64,000 bases of DNA from Andalucia godoyi And28 (GCA_009859145.1 VRVR01000019.1:93073-157072); one strand, 5' to 3'; positions 46,201-57,638 are shown, counted from the stretch's first letter. A program made the numbers and translations. The notes: a model not told the origin generated them from the letters alone.

Positions 46201-46539
46201 AAACGAAGGCGCCAAAGCAGGTTCCGATGCAGACGAATTGCTCACTGGCGAATCCACCACACCCCGTTGCATAATTCGAATAGGTCGACTAGGCAACGGA
46301 CTTCCAACCCCCGTTGCCATCGTGGTGGCGGGTGACGTCGCAGTTGAGGTGGAAGCGTGTGTCGCTGTCGTTGCCATAGAAGAAGGCGTCGGAGAGTCCG
46401 GAGAACCAGGAATAGGCACTCGAGTCAGCAGATGACTGGGGTGATGGCTAGTAGTCCATGCTTCTGTGGCTGCTAAATCATCCGGAATAGGAAGCTCGTC
46501 ATTCCCAGATTCTGCAGTGCTCGGTGCAGAATTACTCAT
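43258..46539 (-). CDS. STRIP1: STRIPAK subunit STRIP/FAM40/Far11 (N1221 + DUF3402), 1093 aa from the ATG at 46539
   Basis: C-terminal RCKSIVLRSVGHILLLLLK..LLILKFL..LRVLQKLTK..SRVSVLVHFKA..MKRML..LYSLKIIK...LGRKFR..N.KLVSLIY..DMWL matches the FAM40/Far11 C-terminus. The ORF-track start at 46557 is TTG. Confidence 0.88.
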   Translation of the reverse strand: MSNSAPSTAESGNDELPIPDDLAATEAWTTSHHPSHLLTRVPIPGSPDSPTPSSMATTATHASTSTATSPATTMATGVGSPLPSRPIRIMQRGVVDSPVSNSSASEPALAPSFSDDASATYAGGGGGVVGAASSRKSRRPLPKDSLNLDSSQEAISMMSRMETPISGRANGKDGAGSGLGQSAAKGKMSTMYERKPMNGRHRYVETQSTAGVEDALCETGDDMEHAHEANLQSMNGQIFDLRNAPSTASASLISSSSSTLSSSSSSSSSSVSGESIYSGEDTDSSSGGPSRERYYFDWVYLDPRLDWYYFEEIFSYIDDPVHEPPRHVLWSLREDKGSFSLPENVLSQSIQSVFAPTTSVSFVVDRLESLDEQVRLCALRKLYDIALGIPSVFFIGGGSASSATVRIGCDSFSDSSQSTAPEKDGVQRGCDLLLSEGCLIPVLQFAMNVCSSAMTRVRTDKDIAKSSPASSPSQPPPHAQSKLNDSSQTHMQSTEPNAQEAAGEFSADSPLRSVANSSSLTYLRALCRWSLSLALLLTERCRQHILRQEKSLVDGDGDGSDHSDLTANLSAELRTVLWNGQSPLENVSQLLILVATDHNQVLPVKRLVLLFEKILVATCGPIDSCRARSCVDPIVDGTDEGAASSGHYTNSARGSRQKSRRRYLDELQSKLEGRRFLGSVPKSLKEAVDVTAKHALEDRVSRVTEFVNRMTDEYHISTSHLPAFSTAGTVSSADNASLVVEDYFTRMVPQMDQFVNALLKIMYASLPSAKKSFYRGHIFFLADLERFSSPDDLPAGVTYATAPSPLSKLPELVATMGKSRCKSIVLRSVGHILLLLLKKWKRVLHGLPSEDFAMRLVDGKVLLLILKFLTALEWQSEMIHEMLDWPIFSGSISEYPTKINFRAWSITVLFLRVLQKLTKHVNSRVSVLVHFKAHSSMKRMLLVSNEQTFFMPEVNLYSLKIIKSMAPLLGRKFRGISANLKLVSLIYHNLKNDIGDMWLTDDSASSSSTSSVGSLSSKEEDTERTSAEDKKDLAAEEEHLKAALVTWIAEFSRRHRIPVSGLSTSLRNDDLSVDELFAGTSVDSFIQDELSCF
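45730..45758. repeat. (GAG)n trinucleotide repeat, poly-Ser in STRIP (minus strand)
   Basis: Read directly. Confidence 0.85.
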
Positions 46540-47009
46540 GTACAACTTGCTGTACAAAAAGCAAGCAAACCCGTAAGTCTACGTCCTGCAGGATTGAGTT
46601 AAGGTGATGGATCTGCTCTTGCTTGTTTCCGTCCTCGCTGCTCCAGCAGTACTCTCGTATTCAAACAATTGTTATTATTTGTGCAAAATAAAAGGAATAA
46701 GAATGACAATTGGATGTGTATTCGAGCAGTGATTGACGACGAATAAAGTGTCTTCGGTCCAACAGCCGTCTTGTTCTGGGCTGTAGCATCGATTGTGCCC
46801 ATAGCATCAATTTCGGGACAAAAGATTCGATGAGAGATTCGACTTTTTCCGAGCACAGAAGCAGCAAGTGGCAAACTTTTGGTTTATGCAACACGCCTCT
46901 CCGACCATCTTGCTTGCCATATGGCTTAACCTAAGTGCAGAAGGGGAAAAAACGGACCCATCGACCAGGAATCCCCCCCTCTGTACAAACGAACGAACGA
47001 ACAAACGAA

Positions 47010-47889
<880 letters not shown>

Positions 47890-48278
47890 TCGCGGGCCTT
47901 GATTCCCAATTTCCAACACCAATCAACGATCAACAATCAAAAAAGTAGCAATAAACAAGGTAAACCATGGTTTTCCTTCTGGGGGAATTTGCGTTCGTTT
48001 CGACAACTGTCAACAGTCCAACTTGGAATAAAGAAAACCCGACAACGCGCGCGCCTGTCGTCCTCATTTCGACTTTAGAAGCCTTTTTTCCCGTCCTTTT
48101 CTTTTTCTCCTTCTTTTCCTCCTCCTCCTCCTTCTTCTCCTTCTTCTTCTTCTTCTTCTTCTTTTTCCAGTTGTTCGTTTTTCTTTTTGTATCAATTTTC
48201 CGTCCTGTTGGATATTCAGTTGTGGCTGATTCTGGGTCTTCTCTTTCTCTGCGCCGATTGCCATTTCATCGCATATAG

Positions 48279-50984
48279 ATGGGTCGTAAGCGTGCTGCGG
48301 GGTCTGGGTCGGCAAGTGGTGGGGTGTCTGCTGCAGGTTCCGCGATCGGACTTCCCCACGGACACCCACATGGGCATCCGTCGTCTGTGTCTGCTGCAGG
48401 TGGAGGCGGTCCATCAGCCGGGGCTGTCATCATGCCACAAATTTCATCTTCGCGCTTTGTTGCAGCCGAATACTGCGATTTTATCAAAATGGAATTTGAT
48501 CGATTAATGGCTGAAAACATGACTGCGCGCGCGGACCTCGAGCGGTCCCTTGCAGATCGAGAGGAAATGGATGCAACGGCTAAAAAGTTTTTTGAGACTG
48601 CATATTTTTTGAATGTGCAACTTCACAAGCAAAACATTGTGAACGAACGTCTATTTGCAATAGCGGAGAATCTTTTGCGTTCTCATGCCAATGAGCCTCT
48701 TGCTGCGATTTTGGACAAGCAGCTTTCTGCCGTGGAAGACGTGTCCGTGCAAGAAACGCAGAAGAGGATCGCGCAGAATATGCTTTCCTACCATCCATTT
48801 CCTATCGAGTTGTACATGGATGATGGACGGCAGTTCCACCACCATGTTTCTGCCGCACAAACACAAGCCCATGCCGTCGCAGCAGCCCATGCTGCTCATG
48901 CTCATGCACAAACACAGGCACAGGCACAGGCCGCTCATGCTGCTGCTGCTGCGGCGGCGGCGCAGGCGCATCATCAGCAGCATCTGCATGGAATGCAATT
49001 GGGCTTGCCAATGATGCCAATGGCTGTTGCGATGCCGCAAACACAACCGCAACCGCCCGGGCAGCCGTATCCGCATCCTTTGACACCAAACTCTGGAGGT
49101 CAGCACGGACATGCCATGTCAAGTCCACAGAGCATGTCCATGAACACTTCCTTTGAAAACAAGACTCTGGGTTCGCCAAGCACGGGAGTCATTCAAGGCG
49201 GCTCTCCTTTTAAGCAGTTGCCGCAGCAGCAGCAACAACAGTTCCTTCACCTGCACCATCAACAACAACAGCAGCAAATTCAGCACATGCAACAGCATCA
49301 CCATCAACAACAACACCAGCTTCATCATCATCAGCAGCAACAGCAGCAACAGCAACAACAACAGCTGCAGCTGCAGCATGTTGACAATGTGCCAAGCGTT
49401 TCTGTTTCATCTCCTCAAATGATGGACATCGAGACATCGGAGACAACGCGAAACCCGCCCGAGACTCTTGCATCGCCGCTGCTGCAGACGTCTGCAGACT
49501 TGGGATCGTCTTTGCATCCTTCGCATGTTCCCAGTTCTCCATCTGGTCAGCCATTAGGAAGCTCTTCAACAGCCGAGCCTTTGAAAACGGCGGATGAAAA
49601 ATCGACTCCGATTGTGTCGGATTCCACAATCGTTTCAGGTACTGGGTCTCTCTCTGGCCTCAGCCCAGGTTCTGGTTTCAGTTCCGGTTTCGGGGCTCAA
49701 TCTGGATCTGGATCCGGTTTGTCAGCTGCTACTGCAAAGCCGAGCCCGTCGTCCCCGTTACCCGTGCACGCGTCCTCCGAAGCGGGTCTTCACTCGCAAA
49801 TATCCGGAAGCGCTGTGATGCAATCTTCTTCCGATCACGCTGCTGACCTGTCGTTTTCCAGTAGTGGCGATGTGCGTAGCAGTGTCCCTGCACCGCAAGG
49901 GAGTTCTGAGGTTGCTTCATCAGGATCCTCTATTACGTCGAACACGGATTCGCTCGAACCGTTCGTGCGAAAAACCAACCTGAAGTTGTTGTACGCTTAC
50001 GAAACAACGTACCCAGTTTCTGCCATGACGATTGACGTTCAAAGAAACAGGCTGTACGTTGGACATCGCGGAGTGTTTGAAACATATGTTCTCGATTCCG
50101 GAAGATGTCTAGGCAGTGAAACCATCTTTGATCGATTTCATATTCGTGCTTCCGTACTTTCGCTGAGTGGTCGCCACTTGTATTTATGTGGAGAATCGCA
50201 GGTCGTAGTGGGCTGGGATCTTCAGACGCATCAGCGGTCATTCCATTTGGAAACTGGCGTGCATCAGTATGCATTGACCTTTTCGGACGAGAACACGCTG
50301 CTTTGCAGTCAGGCTGCTGGAGTCATTGCTGCGTGGGACGTGCGATCGAATGGCATGGCCCCTGTTGGAGTCTTCCCCCGACCAAACGCGCAGGCGTCTC
50401 GCATTTCCTCTTTGCAAATGCTCGGAGAAGGGTCGCCTTTCGTGATTGCTGCTGATGCCGGTGGCTTCATTCGTGTGTGGGATGTCCGCATGATGGTTTC
50501 CAATCTTTCCAATCCCTCCGTCATCAGCTGCAACGAAAGCAAGGGAGCATCTCTTCTGTCTGCAGAAGAGATGCGCGAGTGTGGATTGGTTGCAGTTCGC
50601 GGGTTTGGTCATGCAGTCAACTCAGTGTCGGTGCGCAATGGAACTGTCTTGGCTGGAAAAGCAGACGGCGAATTGCTTATTCTGTCTGCCGAGACGCTTG
50701 ACGTGTTGGGCGTCGAAAAGACAGACTCTCCGATCCTCGCTGTGAAGCACATGAAGTCTTCGCCCGGCCACACCGAAGAAGAGGCGGTTCCTGCGATTGT
50801 CTGTGGGCAAAACGGCAACCTGCAAGTTTGGGGTGGTCGACAGTCTCTTCTTGTGGACGACGCAGTCTTATGCATTGACACTACCGACCGGTTTGTCGCG
50901 TGTGGCTTGTGGAACCACTCGTTCAGCGTCTTTATCGACAGCTCCGTGGAGTCTGTCTCCCCGATCCACACAGTACATCGTTGA
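48279..50984 (+). CDS. Groucho/TLE-like transcriptional corepressor (Q domain, polyQ/Ser-rich linker, WD40 propeller), 901 aa
   Basis: N-terminal EYCDFIKMEF...EEM...FFETAYFLNVQLHKQ...RL is a TLE Q domain. WD segments VSAMTI..RLYVGHRG, HIRASVL..GRHLYLCGE..VGWDL and QYALT..AAGVIAAWDV resemble TLE (VCAVTI..HVYTGGKG, YIRSCKL..GRTLIVGGE..SIWDL, CYALA..SDGNIAVWDL). Confidence 0.82.
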   Translation: MGRKRAAGSGSASGGVSAAGSAIGLPHGHPHGHPSSVSAAGGGGPSAGAVIMPQISSSRFVAAEYCDFIKMEFDRLMAENMTARADLERSLADREEMDATAKKFFETAYFLNVQLHKQNIVNERLFAIAENLLRSHANEPLAAILDKQLSAVEDVSVQETQKRIAQNMLSYHPFPIELYMDDGRQFHHHVSAAQTQAHAVAAAHAAHAHAQTQAQAQAAHAAAAAAAAQAHHQQHLHGMQLGLPMMPMAVAMPQTQPQPPGQPYPHPLTPNSGGQHGHAMSSPQSMSMNTSFENKTLGSPSTGVIQGGSPFKQLPQQQQQQFLHLHHQQQQQQIQHMQQHHHQQQHQLHHHQQQQQQQQQQQLQLQHVDNVPSVSVSSPQMMDIETSETTRNPPETLASPLLQTSADLGSSLHPSHVPSSPSGQPLGSSSTAEPLKTADEKSTPIVSDSTIVSGTGSLSGLSPGSGFSSGFGAQSGSGSGLSAATAKPSPSSPLPVHASSEAGLHSQISGSAVMQSSSDHAADLSFSSSGDVRSSVPAPQGSSEVASSGSSITSNTDSLEPFVRKTNLKLLYAYETTYPVSAMTIDVQRNRLYVGHRGVFETYVLDSGRCLGSETIFDRFHIRASVLSLSGRHLYLCGESQVVVGWDLQTHQRSFHLETGVHQYALTFSDENTLLCSQAAGVIAAWDVRSNGMAPVGVFPRPNAQASRISSLQMLGEGSPFVIAADAGGFIRVWDVRMMVSNLSNPSVISCNESKGASLLSAEEMRECGLVAVRGFGHAVNSVSVRNGTVLAGKADGELLILSAETLDVLGVEKTDSPILAVKHMKSSPGHTEEEAVPAIVCGQNGNLQVWGGRQSLLVDDAVLCIDTTDRFVACGLWNHSFSVFIDSSVESVSPIHTVHR
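49224..49378 (+). repeat. CAG/CAA/CAT-rich polyQ/H tract in the Groucho-like gene
   Basis: Translates to QQQQQQFLHLHHQQQQQQIQHMQQHHHQQQHQLHHHQQQQQQQQQQQLQLQH. Confidence 0.9.
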
Positions 50985-52405
50985 AACAGTTTCATCCTCT
51001 TAATTGAAGGTAAGTAATTAAAATGATTTTTAAAAAGGATGGAATCCTGTTCTCTTCGCCACGCGAACTTCCTCTCCTTCTCCCCTGCGTGCGCGGAAAA
51101 TGCAGTCAACGGAAGATGCGAAATGACAGTGTTTGCTGATAATTTTGTGTCAACTATTGTTTTGACAGCGCAGACGTGCCATGCTCCCAAGGCAAAACTG
51201 CTCGTTGGACTAGTGCTGCTGCCGAATCGAAAGTGCCTTTTGGAAGGAGGAAAACACATTATGAACAATACAGTTATGAAAAACGACAGATTCTGGCGAG
51301 GTTTGTGCAGGGGGGTTGTATAGTAGTAGGTGTAGTACTATTGATGTTTACGGCGACACATCCAAAAAAACAAACTTATCACAGCAAATTTTCTCAGCAT
51401 AGATGCATGGTCGTCAAAACATCAACCTCATGACTGCAGCCAGCAACGACCGCGAATTATCATTATTGCATCACAGAAGAAACGGTTGACCGTTTTGTGC
51501 ATCAACATTGAACATTAAACAATATTATGCCGGAAGTTTGTTTATCTGCAGGGACGCGATGTTCATACCGCGGTCAAGTCCAGAATTTCTTCATTCTGCA
51601 CTTTTTATTCTTCTATTTATTTCTGTTATTTTACATTTTTAATCGAACCCTCAAGCACCTTTCATCAGAGACAAACCACGTCTCATGGCTCCAAAGAGAG
51701 ATCTTCCCGACAAACTCACACCGGTCCTGCCCGAAGATACCGAGAACCAAGAAACCCGTTGACCCCCCTCTCGTCGGAGGCCGAGAGCAAGAGGAAGCGA
51801 TGATCCTTTGATACAGAGCAATCTGCATTGAAGAGTTGGTGCTCGCCCCAAACTGGATCTGTCTTTGGTGACAGCTTAGCCGACAATCGGTATCGATTTG
51901 TGTTTTGGCCAGCGGATCCCGACCAGCATACCGCATCTACTGTATGCGTTCATAGAAAGTATTTCCCTCCAACCCAAATCCTCTCCAAGCATTTGGCTCG
52001 CATGCTGCGCCTCAAACTGATTTTGATTATTTTTTTTGGCGTAAAGGGACTCTATAAGCCAGCATCAGCGCTCATCATCGATTACAAAGGAATCGGTAGT
52101 CAATATTCGACAGTGTCTCTCAGCGGGCCCTCGACCTGCACACGTTCAACCGTACTATCCGATGATGCCGCAATCGTCAACCAGACCTTTGGGGTTGCCA
52201 GTTTTATTTGCCTGCATCACGTGATCCTTGCTCGACCTTGACAAACGATGGATAAAAGTGATCACTTATGAGTTATCAACTTGGCGAGTTTAATGTTCGT
52301 CTCGGAAGGTTTTCAGCATTGAAATTTTTTTAAATTAAAAAATAATAATAATAGAAGTGATAGAAAAAGAAGTACTGGTAGAAAAGGTAGGTAAAGAAGG
52401 AGGAG

Positions 52406-53455
52406 ATGAAGTGGACGCTGTTGGCGGCCGATTCGGCGTGTGTTTGTCCTGCGGCGCGAGCTGGTCACTGCGTCGTGTGTGTATCATCAAGTGCATGCAG
52501 TCCTTCCTCTGATGTGATCTTGGTGTGTGGCGGAGCGAATCGATCGGGTGTCGTGTTCAACGATGCATTTCTGTACCACTCTTTGGAAAATCGGTATACT
52601 GCATTGCCGTTCTGGACCGATGCGATTCCAGCACGGACGTCGCACTCTGTCGTCGTTGCAGCGTCTCGGCGCCGTCATCACACGGACACTGGGAAGGACG
52701 ACGACGATGATGATGGTGCAGCGATGGTGGTGTTTGTGTTTGGAGGCCACGACGTCAATGGCGCTCCTCTGTGCGATCTGTACGCGGTGAACCTGGCGAC
52801 GAGCACCGTCACACGGCTCAAAGATGCACCGCAGGGCAGACACTCTCATGCAATGTGCCTGGCCTCGAGAGGCAATGAGCTTATCATCGTGGGGGGAGCG
52901 TGTTCTACGGACGGTACTTTGGCTACGGACATTCTGTCGTATGACATTCGAGCGAACGAATGGGCCGTGGTCGCGACGAGGAACACCCCGCGAGATGCCG
53001 ACGTGCGAAAGGAGATGCTGCACATCGGCGCTTTTGCAGCCGGGGCAGACGCGAAAGACAGGGACGACACAAAACGAGTCATTGTTTATGGCGGTCGGGC
53101 ACAAACAACAATCTTTGGAGACGTTCGCGTTCTGGATTTCACCGGGCACGTGTCGTATTCCAATGAATATTTATTGGAGGATGGCCGATGTGCGGCAGCA
53201 TACTGCGTTCGAGGCAATGAATTGGTGGTGATAGGAGGGTTTGACGGGTCCAGCATGCGCAACGATGTCGCAGCAATCGATTCGTCCACCTTGCAATGGA
53301 CATACTGGACAGACGTTCGTGGACCGCCCATTCCTGGGCGATTTGCCGCCGCCGCCACATACTGCAAAGGATCGGACTGCATCTACGTTTTTGGAGGCAG
53401 CTCGCTTGAATCAGAACTGGCAGACTTGTGGAGGCTGCATTGTTCGGCCAAGTAG
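52406..53455 (+). CDS. Kelch-repeat beta-propeller protein (RABEPK/p40-like), 349 aa
   Basis: About six repeats of R.GH/RxSH...lxvFGG...DL..W (ARAGH..VCGG, ARTSH..VFGG, GRHSH..IVGG, VYGG, GRCA..VIGG, GRFA..VFGG). Confidence 0.88.
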   Translation: MKWTLLAADSACVCPAARAGHCVVCVSSSACSPSSDVILVCGGANRSGVVFNDAFLYHSLENRYTALPFWTDAIPARTSHSVVVAASRRRHHTDTGKDDDDDDGAAMVVFVFGGHDVNGAPLCDLYAVNLATSTVTRLKDAPQGRHSHAMCLASRGNELIIVGGACSTDGTLATDILSYDIRANEWAVVATRNTPRDADVRKEMLHIGAFAAGADAKDRDDTKRVIVYGGRAQTTIFGDVRVLDFTGHVSYSNEYLLEDGRCAAAYCVRGNELVVIGGFDGSSMRNDVAAIDSSTLQWTYWTDVRGPPIPGRFAAAATYCKGSDCIYVFGGSSLESELADLWRLHCSAK

Positions 53456-54287
53456 ATTTTTTTTTTTTCTTCTTCTTCCGCAGAACGCACGTGCGGCCAT
53501 TCAGAAAGTACACGCCGCAGGCCGCTTTGTATTGTACACTAGCCAGGCATGCCCTGTCATATTAAAACAACATTGCCTATCTACCAAGTTACACTGCCTG
53601 GGAGAATACCCCCAAAATGACTCGCTCCTTAGCGTTCTTAACGATTAATTAAAAAAAAAACAGCATTACGTCATGCCAGGTTTCCATTTTCGCGTCTCTC
53701 TCCATTCCGACATCCACCCGCACCCTCCCCTCCTCTCCATCCATCTCACTCGCATCTGACACACGTAATGCATTTCTGTTGCACAAAGGGCACTGCTCGA
53801 AAAGGAGATTCTCAAAGAAATGTTGGACTTCCGAGGCTCCCAAAACCTGTCTGCTTCGCATGGAACTTGTTAACATCTCCCACAACACAACAGGCAATTA
53901 ATCTTGCTTGCTCAACGTGTCCGGTGCGCGTGACAATGTGGAGAAGTTGCTTGAGAAGCAAGTCGACGATTCTTCAGGGATTCGTTAGGGACTTGCATTC
54001 GTTATCTGCAACGCGTGCTTGATTCGTGTGTTCCTTTTGGTTTTCTTTTTTTGAAGTCACAGTGTGCACGCTCACTGTTGAGCGAGTGCCAGGGACAGAG
54101 AACACATAAACACGAGGAGACCCATCGAAAATAATCAGAAAATGATTCCGAGTGTTTAATTGATTGACAACATGCAAACGTTCCGAGGTCTTTCTTGCTG
54201 AGAGGACAATAGAGGGAGGATTTATTTTTGCAGCAACATGTTCCGAGGCGACTTTTTGTTTGTAATATTATCGTTGATCTCAATTTC

Positions 54288-57200
54288 TTAAGCAATCGCA
54301 GCGAGCAACAGATCAGTGACATCACGTCGCGGTGAACGAATACTAATGTCAAGAACCGGGACGTTGGATGACTGGTCAAGAACCAACACAGCGGTCACGT
54401 CGATTGGAACGTGAGCCAGGAAAAACCCGGTCATTCTAAACTCATGTTTCTTCGTCGCAGTCTGAATGGAGGTGATCGCGTTTGCCGGAACAACACACAG
54501 ACCAGCATACAGATCCCGGATTCCACGAGCAGCCTCGGCAACCGATCGCATGGACGACAGCTCCAAAGAAGCTCGTTCTTCAACCCACCCTTCCGTGTTC
54601 TTAGCGGCCTGTGCTGCAGAAGAAACGGAAGAAAACGGCGTCAAAAAGTCCCCCACAGACACCTCTAAAGCGTTTAGTGGATACTCATCGTCATCACCGT
54701 CATCATCCTCGGACGCATCTGCGTCTTTCACTCGGAATTGCAAAGTACAAGCAATGTTCATGCTGTACGATTCGATGTCTTCGTCGACCATAGGAGAGCC
54801 AGAACCACCCGCCGCCTTGCGCAATACCACAAATGCGGAGGATCCTACAATTTGTGGATCTTCCAACAATCTTTGCTGTAATTGCACAAGAGTGCTAACC
54901 GCATGACCGTCCGCAGGAACCACGGCAGTAGACAGGAATGACGCAATTGGACTTTCATCTCCACGAAACGGCAATTGCGGAACCCGAACAAGAGACTCGA
55001 CTTGCCACTTGCCATTTCCACTCGTAAAAGACGTTTGGACAGCAACATGAGCAAGCAGCAAAACATCCACAGTGTTTCGGCACACAAACTGCAAAACCAG
55101 ATGTGTTCCTGAGGCTAGGACATGCTTGACAACGGCAACCTGATATTCAGTGCCCGATTCGGTGAGCAGCGACATCGCCGACGTGCACGCAACGAGCCCA
55201 AGAGAAGATAAAGCACCCGGCAGCTGGCGTTTCGCCACAAGAGCAGCAGCAACCGAAGCTGCGCCGGACGTCTGTGTCTGCGATTTCGAGCCCGCCACAC
55301 CAGATCCCGCGGAGACCTGCGGGCCATTCTGAAAGCCTGCGTTCGATGCCGGACCAACTGCCACCATCTCCATGGTGACATGATCATGGAGCAAACTTCG
55401 CACATCCGTGCCATCCAAGACAGTGGCGCTCTTCTGCTCCTCCGAGAAATCCTCACCTTCTGCAAGACGCTTGCGCTGATCCAAGAGCGCCTTCTCCAAA
55501 ACCCCAAGGGGAACGCGGAAGTCCTTGGTCATGGCATCTCGAAGCGCTTTACCGCTGGTGTCGTCAACAGGAATCTCATTTTCCTTTTCGGATTCCAGTT
55601 CGTTGCGCTCCCGCTGCAAGGAGCGCACTGCCTCAAGAAGCACAACTGCACGATCACGGACTTCGTCATCCGCATCAGAAAGCGCGCGCGAAAGCATGTG
55701 CACGATAGAACGTCGAAGGACAGCATCGTCGGTGGCGAGTGCAAACTTCCCAAGAGCAGACATTGCGGCTGCTCGAACTGAGGCATTTTCGAGGATCAGT
55801 CTGTTGTACATGTATCGGACAAAACGGGACGGCTGAGGAGCGTGTGGCGCTTCGCGACCCAAGACATGCAGCACTTGTTGCGACAGGAGAGGATACTCGC
55901 AATCTTCTATGAATTCACAAAGAACCAGCAGTGCTCTTTCTAGAAGACTGTTCGAATCCGTTTGCGGTGACTGACCGCCGTTGTTTTGTAACGCATCCTG
56001 CTGCGCCTGTATTTGTGCAGCAGATTCTCTCTCAAGAACATCCAAAATCGTATCGACGATCGCTCTCTTGTATTCGAAGCCGCCTTCATCGTGCAGAAAG
56101 CCAGCGAGGAAAGAGATGACAGCACGAGCACGGGCAGGCTGTCTGGAAACAAGTTCCCGCAATGCATGCACAACGACAAGTCGGAACTCGTCAGACAAAT
56201 CGCCAATGAGATGGGCCATTTGAGCCAACAGACGATCAAGTTGACCCTCTGACGCTCCAGCCCCGCCACCAATCTTCAACAGCGTGGTAACTGCGAAAGT
56301 GGCGATAGAACGGTTCGGATCGTGAACGAGCTGCTCCATGTCCGAAGCACACGATGCTTGTACTGCAGACGGATATCGAAGCGCTGCCGCTTCGAGGGTG
56401 CGAATAGCCGCAAAACGAAGCACTGGCCGGCCAGATGACAGAAACAGCTGTAGCACGGTTAGTGCAGCGGTCAGTTCACGGGGAGACACATTTGGCAGAG
56501 TTGTGATCGCCCGTGCGGCCTCCAGAGACACCATTTCGCTCTTTGACCTGAGGGACGAGTCCAGATAGGTCATGAGCTCACGGATTGTCGCGTTGTTCGA
56601 CGACATCGACAGAACTTCAGATGCAGTATTGCCTACACTGAACACTGGTGCAAATGAAGGGGAAGACGACGACGATGACAGAATATGCAGAGGTGGGATT
56701 GAAGGATTTTGAGAAGCGGCAAGGATCCACTGTCCCGAGCCAGACGACGTAGCCAACGCAGACGAACCAGACGCAAGAATGTGCAACTGCTGCGCAACAT
56801 ACCTAATGAGAATGATATGCGCAACCGGAGAGCGCACAGTGCGAACAGCTTGCGAGACCATCTTTTGCACTCCCATTCGATCTGGAGACTTGATGGACTG
56901 CAGCAATGCGAGTGCATGGTACTGCACCATTTGGCCTGAGCGGGCTGTTGAACTCGAGGAAGATGACGAAGAGCCGGATGCAGAAGAGGAGGAAACGGAC
57001 GACGAAGACGACGGGAGAGCAGCTTCTTGGACTTCTCCGATCCATCGCCGAACAATATCGGGACCACCTGACGCAGACGCCATGAGCTTCATGCCTGAAA
57101 CAAGTGCGGCAGACGCAACAAGTGCGGATCGATCCACAACAGCCTGTTTCATGTACCGTTCTATGGGACCGAGCATGGACGGGTCAGCAATCTGCATCAA

Positions 57201-57638
57201 AGTTCGAATAGCAGCAGCACGATAAATTTCGTTCTTCCCGTTGACATCTTTTGCCAAAGAGTTGACCGAGATGAGGATGTCCTCTGCAAACGGTGCAAGT
57301 TCCTTGAGAATGATGTATAAAAGACGCCTGAGGACAATATCGTGTGACTGGAACAGCTTCACAGCGTTGAAGAACACCTGCGTCGCTTCAGAGCGAGTAA
57401 TATGCTGGTCGCCTTGCGCAAAGAGATAGAGCAATTTGGACAGAACTTCGCGGCACGTTGACGTTGACAGCGGCGTGTCATTGAAATGACGGGACTGTTG
57501 AATCACTGCAGATTTGTCCAAATTGGTGAACGGCAACGGCTCATTATCGCCATCATCGTCTCGATCACGGTCTCGATCGCGCTCACGGTCGCGCTCCCGG
57601 TCACGCTTGGACCCAGCACCCGTATGTGATGACGACAT
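54288..57638 (-). CDS. COPG1: Coatomer subunit gamma (gamma-COP), 1116 aa from the ATG at 57638
   Basis: DKSAVIQQSRHFNDTP, VKLFQSHD..LRRLLYI, YRAAAIRTL, RFAAIRTL, DEGGFEYKRAIVD, EFIEDCEY, YNRLILENASVRAAA, DADDEVRDRA, TESGTEYQV..VKH. The ORF-track extension to 57890 is T-rich leader sequence. Confidence 0.95.
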   Translation of the reverse strand: MSSSHTGAGSKRDRERDRERDRDRDRDDDGDNEPLPFTNLDKSAVIQQSRHFNDTPLSTSTCREVLSKLLYLFAQGDQHITRSEATQVFFNAVKLFQSHDIVLRRLLYIILKELAPFAEDILISVNSLAKDVNGKNEIYRAAAIRTLMQIADPSMLGPIERYMKQAVVDRSALVASAALVSGMKLMASASGGPDIVRRWIGEVQEAALPSSSSSVSSSSASGSSSSSSSSTARSGQMVQYHALALLQSIKSPDRMGVQKMVSQAVRTVRSPVAHIILIRYVAQQLHILASGSSALATSSGSGQWILAASQNPSIPPLHILSSSSSSPSFAPVFSVGNTASEVLSMSSNNATIRELMTYLDSSLRSKSEMVSLEAARAITTLPNVSPRELTAALTVLQLFLSSGRPVLRFAAIRTLEAAALRYPSAVQASCASDMEQLVHDPNRSIATFAVTTLLKIGGGAGASEGQLDRLLAQMAHLIGDLSDEFRLVVVHALRELVSRQPARARAVISFLAGFLHDEGGFEYKRAIVDTILDVLERESAAQIQAQQDALQNNGGQSPQTDSNSLLERALLVLCEFIEDCEYPLLSQQVLHVLGREAPHAPQPSRFVRYMYNRLILENASVRAAAMSALGKFALATDDAVLRRSIVHMLSRALSDADDEVRDRAVVLLEAVRSLQRERNELESEKENEIPVDDTSGKALRDAMTKDFRVPLGVLEKALLDQRKRLAEGEDFSEEQKSATVLDGTDVRSLLHDHVTMEMVAVGPASNAGFQNGPQVSAGSGVAGSKSQTQTSGAASVAAALVAKRQLPGALSSLGLVACTSAMSLLTESGTEYQVAVVKHVLASGTHLVLQFVCRNTVDVLLLAHVAVQTSFTSGNGKWQVESLVRVPQLPFRGDESPIASFLSTAVVPADGHAVSTLVQLQQRLLEDPQIVGSSAFVVLRKAAGGSGSPMVDEDIESYSMNIACTLQFRVKDADASEDDDGDDDEYPLNALEVSVGDFLTPFSSVSSAAQAAKNTEGWVEERASLELSSMRSVAEAARGIRDLYAGLCVVPANAITSIQTATKKHEFRMTGFFLAHVPIDVTAVLVLDQSSNVPVLDISIRSPRRDVTDLLLAAIA

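Noticed and set aside
51527-52241. Short ORFs between the Groucho-like and kelch genes, including MAPKRDLPDKLTPVLPEDTENQETR
   Set aside because: Short, interrupted by stops, and without recognisable motifs.
53649-54177. Short ORFs between the kelch gene and COPG
   Set aside because: No coherent frame or splice model; likely UTR or intergenic sequence.
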